From NCBI GenBank assembly GCA_021784875.1, contig JAJYHF010000032.1, positions 1 to 32,127 on the forward strand: a DNA stretch of 32,127 nucleotides, read 5' to 3'. Both the position numbers and the translations under genes were made by a program. Source of the stretch: a bacterium (GTDB taxonomy: Bacteria; Patescibacteriota; Minisyncoccia; Phycocordibacterales; Phycocordibacteraceae). The notes under the pieces are model-generated. The model was not told the origin of the DNA and ran no database searches. It saw only the letters and a program-made list of their open reading frames with translations. Each line of letters opens with the position of its first letter. The first letter of the stretch is position 1. Below are positions 26,090 to 32,127 of the stretch, in pieces.

Positions 26090-28772
26090 GGCGTTTCAGC
26101 ACGCGGGCGAGATAGTCGCCAGTGTAGGTGCCGGAGGCGGTGACCTCTTCGGGCGTGCCCTTCGCGACGACTTTGCCGCCGCCGGCGCCGCCCTCAGGAC
26201 CGAAGTCGATGATATAGTCGGCCGATTTGATGACGTCGAGGTTGTGCTCGATCACGACGACCGTGTTGCCGCGCGCGACGAGCTCCTGAAGGATCTCGAT
26301 GAGCTTCTTCACGTCGTCGTAGTGGAGGCCGACGGTGGGCTCGTCGAGGAGGTAGATGGTCTTCATCGTCGTCGGGCGATAGAGCTCGGCCGCGATCTTG
26401 ACCCGCTGCGCTTCCCCGCCCGAGAGGGTCGTCGCGCTCTGGCCGAGGGTGAGGTACTCGAGCCCGGTCGCGTTCAATTGTGCGAGGCGTTCTTGGATCG
26501 CCGGGATGTCGGCGAAGAACTGCTCCGCCTCCTCGACCGTCATCTGCAGGACCTCGTAGATATTCTTGCCGCGGTAAGTGACTTCCAAAGTTTCTTTCAT
26601 GAATCGTTTCCCTTCGCAGACATCGCAGGTGACGTAGACCGTCGGAAGGAAGTGCATCTCGACGGCGACGACGCCGTTCCCCTGACAAGCCTCGCAGCGC
26701 CCGCCGGGGACGTTGAAGGAGAAGCGACCCGGCTTCCAGCCTCGGGCGCGAGCCTCGCTCGTCGCGGCGAAGAGGTCGCGGATGTGGGTCATCGCGCCGG
26801 TGTAGGTGGCCGGGTTGCTGCGCGGCGTGCGGCCGATCGGCGACTGATCGATGAGGACGACGCGGCCGGCATATTCGCTGCCGGTGAGCGACGCGACATG
26901 CTCGAGTTGAGCGTCTTTCTTCCGCCACGACTTTAGCCGGTCGTTGGTCCGTTTGACGAGATTCCGGTGCAGGATGTCGTAAAGGAAGGTCGACTTCCCC
27001 GAGCCGGAGACGCCGGTGATGGCGACGAGCTTCCCGAGCGGGATGTCGATATTCTGGTTCACGAGATTGTGTAGCGTCGCACCGCGCACCTTGAGCCACC
27101 CGCGTTCGGCGGTACGACGCGTTTCCGGAACGGAAATCTCCTTCTCCTGTCGAAGGTAGCTGAGTGTCGAAGAACCGCTCTCGTTCTTCTTCGCGGTAAG
27201 GAGGTCGCCAAGCCAGCCCGAGACGACGACATGACCGCCGTGCACGCCCGCGCCAGGCCCCACGTCGACGATGTAGTCGGCAGAGTAGATGGTGTCCTCG
27301 TCATGCTCGACGACGATGATGGTGTTGCCGAGTTCCTTCAGGGTGAGGAGCGTCTTAATGAGGCGGTCGTTGTCGCGCTGATGAAGGCCGATGGTCGGCT
27401 CGTCGAGGACATACAAGGCGCCCGTGAGCCCGCTCCCGAGCTGCGAGGCGAGGCGGATGCGCTGCGCTTCCCCGCCCGAGAGCGTAGCGGCCGAACGATC
27501 GAGCGTGAGGTAGTCGAGGCCGACATCGAGCATGAACGAGAGCCGGCTCCCGATCTCTTTCAGGATCGGTGCGGCGACTTCGCGTTTCATCTCGGAGAGC
27601 TCGAGCGAGTCGACGAAGTCCTTCGCCTCGCGGATGGACATGCTGGTGAAGTCGACGATGTTCTTGCCGAGCGGTGATTCGGAGAAGTCAGACTTCTTTG
27701 AATTCTTGAAGTCCGACTTCTCCGAATCGCCTTTCAAGTACACCCGCAGCGCCTCCGGCCGCAGGCGTTTCCCTTCGCAGACCGGGCAGGGCTCCTCTGA
27801 GAAGAGCGACTTGGTCCCGAGCCCGTTACAGGCCGGGCAGGCGCCATAGGGCGAATTGAAGGAGAAGAGCCGCGGCTCCACCTCGGGGAATGACGATCCG
27901 TCATCCGGACAGATGAATTTCGACGAGAGTGTCTCGAGCGTGCCATCCGCATGCTTTATCTTCACTAATCCGTCGGCCTCCTTGAGCGCGAGCTCGAGCG
28001 CCTCGGAGAGCCGCTCGCGCGCGTTCTGGGTCGAGCGCGCGAACTCGCTCACATAAATCGAGTCGACGACCGCGTCGATGTCGTGCCGCTTGTTGCGGTC
28101 GAGGATCACCTTCTCGCGCAAGGACTGTTGCTTGCCGTCGATGACGACCTTCTCGAAGCCTTTGCCGAGGAGGTCATAGAGGAGCTGGTAATACTCCCCC
28201 TTCCTGCCGACAACGACCGGCGCATAGACAGTCACCGCGCTCTTGTCGACCGCAACGCCCATCACCTGCGTTCCCGATTCTTTCCGTTTCGCCTCGACGC
28301 GGGCGAACACCATCTTGATCATCTCCTCCTTCGAGAGACGCGTGATGGGGACGTCGTGATTGACGCAATAAGGCTGACCGACGCGCGCATAGAGCACACG
28401 CAAATAGTCGTAGATCTCGGTCACCGTCGCGACGGTCGAGCGCGGATTGTTCGAGCGGCTCTTCTGGTCGATAGAGATGGCGGGCGAGAGGCCGGTGATC
28501 TCGTCGACGTCCGGCTTCGGCATCTGATTGAGGAACTGCCGCGCATAGGCCGAGAGCGACTCGACGTAGCGCCGCTGCCCTTCGGCGAAGATGGTGTCGA
28601 ACGCGAGCGAGGACTTCCCGCTCCCCGAGAGGCCGGTGATCACCGTCATGGCCCCGCGCGGCATCTCGACGTCGATATTCTTCAAATTATGCGTGCGCGC
28701 ACCTCTCACTGAGAGCCAATCGCTCCCGTGATGGTGCCCGTGTTCCTCTTTTTTGCTCGGTTTCTTTTGCAT
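26067..28772 (-). CDS. uvrA: Excinuclease ABC subunit A
   Basis: Two Walker A motifs (GLSGSGKS, GVSGSGKS), two LSGGEAQR motifs and Zn-finger CxxC motifs. Confidence 0.98.
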   Translation of the reverse strand: MQKKPSKKEEHGHHHGSDWLSVRGARTHNLKNIDVEMPRGAMTVITGLSGSGKSSLAFDTIFAEGQRRYVESLSAYARQFLNQMPKPDVDEITGLSPAISIDQKSRSNNPRSTVATVTEIYDYLRVLYARVGQPYCVNHDVPITRLSKEEMIKMVFARVEAKRKESGTQVMGVAVDKSAVTVYAPVVVGRKGEYYQLLYDLLGKGFEKVVIDGKQQSLREKVILDRNKRHDIDAVVDSIYVSEFARSTQNARERLSEALELALKEADGLVKIKHADGTLETLSSKFICPDDGSSFPEVEPRLFSFNSPYGACPACNGLGTKSLFSEEPCPVCEGKRLRPEALRVYLKGDSEKSDFKNSKKSDFSESPLGKNIVDFTSMSIREAKDFVDSLELSEMKREVAAPILKEIGSRLSFMLDVGLDYLTLDRSAATLSGGEAQRIRLASQLGSGLTGALYVLDEPTIGLHQRDNDRLIKTLLTLKELGNTIIVVEHDEDTIYSADYIVDVGPGAGVHGGHVVVSGWLGDLLTAKKNESGSSTLSYLRQEKEISVPETRRTAERGWLKVRGATLHNLVNQNIDIPLGKLVAITGVSGSGKSTFLYDILHRNLVKRTNDRLKSWRKKDAQLEHVASLTGSEYAGRVVLIDQSPIGRTPRSNPATYTGAMTHIRDLFAATSEARARGWKPGRFSFNVPGGRCEACQGNGVVAVEMHFLPTVYVTCDVCEGKRFMKETLEVTYRGKNIYEVLQMTVEEAEQFFADIPAIQERLAQLNATGLEYLTLGQSATTLSGGEAQRVKIAAELYRPTTMKTIYLLDEPTVGLHYDDVKKLIEILQELVARGNTVVVIEHNLDVIKSADYIIDFGPEGGAGGGKVVAKGTPEEVTASGTYTGDYLARVLKRHAKKRSK
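27673..27731. repeat. Nested palindromic (REPIN-like) in-frame insertion in uvrA
   Basis: 24-bp arms GGTGATTCGGAGAAGTCAGACTTC and GAAGTCCGACTTCTCCGAATCGCC (2 mismatches) around an 11-nt spacer. Confidence 0.9.
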
Positions 28773-28780
28773 GCTTAAAT

Positions 28781-28815
28781 CCTGCCCGTGGCGGGGCAGG
28801 TACGAAGTGATTATA
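28781..28815 (-). promoter_or_regulatory. uvrA promoter (TGG-TATAAT) with a GC hairpin in the leader
   Basis: TATAAT at 28815-28810 and CCTGCCC/GGGCAGG stem at 28781-28800. Confidence 0.65.
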
Positions 28816-28823
28816 CCATATCC

Positions 28824-30923
28824 CTATTTCCCTGACAGCGGCTTACGGGTGCGGGGTTTCTTTTTCGGACCGGCTCCTTCGAGCTTATAGATCTCGTCGC
28901 GGATGAGAGCGGCGGTCTCGAAGTCGAGCCGCTCGACCGCTTCGGCCATCTCTTCCCTCTTCTGCTCGATAAGCGCCTTCGGGTCTTTCTTATAGGAAAG
29001 CTCGTCGAGCGCGAGAAGCTCTTCCACCGTCTTCTGATGCTCGCTCCGCATCGTTTCGGCGATGTCCTTGATCTCTTTTTGAATGGTCTTCGGCGTGATG
29101 CCGTGCTTCGTGTTGTAGGCGAGCTGGAGCTCGCGGCGGCGGTTCGTTTCTGAAATAGCTTTTTCGAGCGATCCGGTCATGACGTCGGCATACAGGATGA
29201 CGCGGCCTTGGACGTTCCTCGCCGCGCGGCCGATCGTCTGGATGAGCGAGGTCTCGGAGCGGAGGAACCCTTCCTTATCCGCGTCGAGGATGCCGACGAG
29301 CTCGACCTCCGGCAGGTCGAGCCCCTCGCGCAGGAGGTTGACGCCGACGAGGATATCGAACTCCCCTTTGCGAAACTTGGTGAGGATCTCGATACGGTCG
29401 ATCGTCTTCACGTCGGAGTGGAGATACTCGGCTTTGATGCCCTTCTCGCGCAAGAACGCGGAGAGGTCTTCGGCCATCTGCTTGGTGAGCGTGGTCGCGA
29501 GCGCGCGTCCGCCGCCTCTGATGACCTTCTCCGCTTCCTCGATGAAATCCGCGACCTGACCGGGATACGCCACAGGTTTGAGTAAGGTCAGACCTTCCTC
29601 AGCTGCTGAGTAAGGTCTGACCTTACTCATTCCTTCAGAAACGGGACGAATGATGAGCTCCGGGTCGAGGAGACCGGTCGGGCGAATGATCTGTTCGACG
29701 ACTTGATCGGAATGCCCCCGCTCGTAGGGGCCGGGCGTCGCACTGGTATAAATGGTCTGTCCCGTCCTTTCAGTGAACTCTTCGAAGGTGAGCGGTCGAT
29801 TGTCGCGCGCCGAGGGGAGGCGGAAGCCGTATTCGACAAGATTATCCTTACGGGAACGGTCTCCCGCGTACATGCCGCCGAGCTGCGGGACGGTGACGTG
29901 CGACTCGTCTATGACGGTGAGGAAGTCGGGGTCGCATCGCTTGAAATAGTCGAGGAGCGTGTAGGGCGGCTCGCCCGGCGCGCGGCCGTCGAAATGGCGC
30001 GAATAGTTCTCGATGCCGTTGACGTAACCCACCGCACGGATCATCGCGATGTCGTTCAACGTCCGCCGCTTCAAGCGTTCGGCCTCAAGGGGTTTCTCCT
30101 CCCGCTTGAATCTTGCCAGCTGCTCGTCGAGCTCTGCTTTGATGTCGGCCAACGCGCGTTCGCGCTCCTCCTCGCTCGTGACGAAGTGCTTGGCCGGAAA
30201 GATGAAGACATTCTCCGGTTCCCCAAGCTTCGCGCGCGAGATCGGGTCGAGCTTCTCGACGTGTGCGACCTTACTTTCATCAAAAATGACACGGTAGATA
30301 ACCCGTTCGTTCACGGGCATAAGCTCGAGCGCGTTGCCGACCGCCCGGAGCTGCCCTGGCTCAAGGTCGGCGGTCGTCCGCTCGAAGTAGATGCCGACGA
30401 GCGTGCGGATGAGGCTCGCGCGATCGCCTTCAGAGCCCTTCTGTATCTTCACATTCACCTTCTCGTATTCTTCCGGCGAGCCGAGACCATAGATCGCGGA
30501 AACGGACGCGACGATGATGACATCCCTTCGCGTGAGCAGGGCTTGCGTTGCCGCGTGGCGGAGACGGTCGATCTCAGCATTGATCATCGCCTCCTTCTCG
30601 ATGTAGGTGTCGGAGTGCGCGATGTAAGCTTCCGGCTGGTAGTAATCGTAGTAAGAAACAAAATAGTGCACCGCGTTCTTGGGGAAGAATTCGCGATACT
30701 CCTGCGCGAGCTGGGCGGCGAGCGTCTTGTTGTGCGCGAGGACGAGCGTCGGCTTGTCGGCCTTCGCGATCACGTTCGCCATCGTGAAGGTCTTACCCGT
30801 CCCCGTCGCGCCGAAGAGCGTCTGGCGGCGCACGCCCTGCCCCAACCCTTCTTCAAGGGCCTTGATCGCCTGCGGCTGATCGCCGGCGGGCTGGTATGGG
30901 AGATGGAGCTTGAAGTCAGCCAT
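28824..30923 (-). CDS. uvrB: Excinuclease ABC subunit B
   Basis: GATGTGKT, YYDYYQPEAY, IDESH, NLLREGLD, QTIGRAARN and a C-terminal UVR domain. Confidence 0.98.
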   Translation of the reverse strand: MADFKLHLPYQPAGDQPQAIKALEEGLGQGVRRQTLFGATGTGKTFTMANVIAKADKPTLVLAHNKTLAAQLAQEYREFFPKNAVHYFVSYYDYYQPEAYIAHSDTYIEKEAMINAEIDRLRHAATQALLTRRDVIIVASVSAIYGLGSPEEYEKVNVKIQKGSEGDRASLIRTLVGIYFERTTADLEPGQLRAVGNALELMPVNERVIYRVIFDESKVAHVEKLDPISRAKLGEPENVFIFPAKHFVTSEEERERALADIKAELDEQLARFKREEKPLEAERLKRRTLNDIAMIRAVGYVNGIENYSRHFDGRAPGEPPYTLLDYFKRCDPDFLTVIDESHVTVPQLGGMYAGDRSRKDNLVEYGFRLPSARDNRPLTFEEFTERTGQTIYTSATPGPYERGHSDQVVEQIIRPTGLLDPELIIRPVSEGMSKVRPYSAAEEGLTLLKPVAYPGQVADFIEEAEKVIRGGGRALATTLTKQMAEDLSAFLREKGIKAEYLHSDVKTIDRIEILTKFRKGEFDILVGVNLLREGLDLPEVELVGILDADKEGFLRSETSLIQTIGRAARNVQGRVILYADVMTGSLEKAISETNRRRELQLAYNTKHGITPKTIQKEIKDIAETMRSEHQKTVEELLALDELSYKKDPKALIEQKREEMAEAVERLDFETAALIRDEIYKLEGAGPKKKPRTRKPLSGK
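29579..29629. repeat. Nested palindromic (REPIN-like) in-frame insertion in uvrB
   Basis: 51-bp near-perfect palindrome centred on 29604 (24 of 25 pairs), with two AAGGTCWGACCTT cores. Confidence 0.9.
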
Positions 30924-32127
30924 AGTAATTTCTTATAAAATCCGCGCGGTAGGCGTCGAAACGGTTGCCGAGGATGGACTGGCGCGCGCCGGCGACCAGG
31001 TCGAGGATGAAGCCGAGGTTATGCATCGAGGCGATGATTGGGCCGAGCATCTCGCCCGAGCGCAGGAGGTGCGAGACATATGCCAATGAGAACTCGGCAG
31101 AAGTCAGACTTCTAGAATCCGTATTGAAGTCTGACTTCAAGCCGAGTTCGGAGAGTACGGTGAAGTCGTTGCGATATTTTTCGTTCGTGAGATGGACGAT
31201 GCCGCGCTTCGTATAGATAGAGCCGTGGCGGCCGAGGCGCGTCGGCGCGACGCAGTCGAAGAGGTCCATCCCGTTCGCGATGCCTTCGAGAAGGTCGCCC
31301 GGTTCGCCGATGCCGAGGAAGTGCCGCGGCAGCTCATCGGGCAACTCCCCCACCGCCGCCTGGAGCGCACCGCGCATGTCCTCCTTCGAGAAGGAACCGC
31401 CGATGCCGATGCCATCGAACCCCATCTCAGCGATCGCACGCGCCGATTCGCGCCGCAGATCCTCATGCCGACCGCCCTGCACGATACCGAAGATCGCCTG
31501 CTTGTCGCGCGCGTCGAGATTCTGCCGATGCGCCTTCAAGCTGCGCTCGGCCCAGCGGTGCGTGCGCTCCATCGCCTCGCGCTGATACTCATAGGGCTCG
31601 GTCGGCGCAGTGCATTCGTCGAAGGCGAAGAAGATGTCCGCGCCGAGCGCATGCTGGATCTCGACCGATCGCTCGGGCGTGAAGCGGTGAAGCGAGCCGT
31701 CGAGATGCGACGTGAAGGTGACGCCTTCATCATCGATCACCGCGAGCTGGCCGTGCTGGCTCGCGACGCTCTCGTCGTAGACGGCGACTTGGTCCTGTTT
31801 TTCCGTCACTTCTCCTTTGGTGAATTTCGAAATAGTCTTGCCGAACGCCGCACCAAGCGAGAACACCTGGAACCCACCCGAATCGGTGATGGTCGGTCCC
31901 TCCCAGCCCATGAACGGCGCGAGGCCGCCCGCCTGCTTCACGGTTTGCTCGCCGGGTTGGAGGTAGAGATGGTAGGTGTTCGCGAGGACGACCTCAACAC
32001 CGAGGCTCTTCAGGTCGCGCGGCAGGACGCCCTTCACGCCGGCTTTGGTACCGACCGGGGAGAACGCGGGCGTGCGGATGGCGCCGTGCGGCGTCTCGAT
32101 GACGCCGGCGCGCGCTCGGCCTTTGGC
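30916..32127 (-). CDS. tgt: tRNA-guanine transglycosylase (5' end outside the window)
   Basis: TPHGAIRTPAF..VGT, LANTYHL, TDSGGFQVFS, FDEC, GIVQGG, DLFDCVAPTR and HNL. Confidence 0.96.
   Translation of the reverse strand, partial: AKGRARAGVIETPHGAIRTPAFSPVGTKAGVKGVLPRDLKSLGVEVVLANTYHLYLQPGEQTVKQAGGLAPFMGWEGPTITDSGGFQVFSLGAAFGKTISKFTKGEVTEKQDQVAVYDESVASQHGQLAVIDDEGVTFTSHLDGSLHRFTPERSVEIQHALGADIFFAFDECTAPTEPYEYQREAMERTHRWAERSLKAHRQNLDARDKQAIFGIVQGGRHEDLRRESARAIAEMGFDGIGIGGSFSKEDMRGALQAAVGELPDELPRHFLGIGEPGDLLEGIANGMDLFDCVAPTRLGRHGSIYTKRGIVHLTNEKYRNDFTVLSELGLKSDFNTDSRSLTSAEFSLAYVSHLLRSGEMLGPIIASMHNLGFILDLVAGARQSILGNRFDAYRADFIRNYYG
31090..31149. repeat. Nested palindromic (REPIN-like) in-frame insertion in tgt
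   Basis: GAACTCGGC-A-GAAGTCAGACTTC-N13-GAAGTCTGACTTC-AA-GCCGAGTTC. Confidence 0.9.

Noticed and set aside
30908-30923. CTGACTTCAAG at the uvrB start resembling the palindrome core
   Set aside because: It encodes the ordinary UvrB N-terminus (MADFKL), and there is no second arm.
701-30938. Long antisense ORFs such as 701-1708, 11636-12706, 15131-16180, 18469-19602, 20213-21490, 23389-24855 and 29703-30938
   Set aside because: They are shadows of well-supported genes in GC-rich DNA and show no recognisable motifs.
27673-31149. Inteins or introns as the explanation for the uvrA/uvrB/tgt insertions
   Set aside because: The insertions are far too short and lack intein splice residues or intron core motifs.
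1-32127. Alternative genetic code (TGA recoded)
   Set aside because: Conserved genes such as mnmA, murF and mraZ end at TGA at the expected lengths, and no gene needs TGA read-through.

Overview
This window looks like core chromosome from a small-genome Patescibacteria/CPR bacterium (Parcubacteria-like). That placement is an inference from the gene set, class I LysRS, compact proteins and TGA used as stop. Most of it is housekeeping: rplU, rmuC, a YqeY-domain gene, tRNA-Glu, a minimal dcw cluster (mraZ-rsmH-ftsL-like-ftsI-murF), lysS, greA, a trxB-like reductase, ung, pcm, mnmA, mltG, uvrC/uvrA/uvrB and a partial tgt. Accessory content is one large lower-GC surface protein beside the tRNA and a five-gene chain that includes two PD-(D/E)XK nucleases, one fused to an ATP-cone. 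The most striking unexplained signal is a family of 51-60 bp nested palindromes, each with two 13-bp self-complementary cores (GAAGTCNGACTTC or AAGGTCNGACCTT), inserted in frame in uvrA, uvrB and tgt. Remnants and a second palindrome type lie in uvrC. In tgt and uvrC the palindromes sit where metal-binding Cys motifs are normally found and are missing. Most transcription units carry a -10 box only 6-10 nt before the ATG, which suggests leaderless mRNAs, and one such promoter is palindromic and bidirectional.
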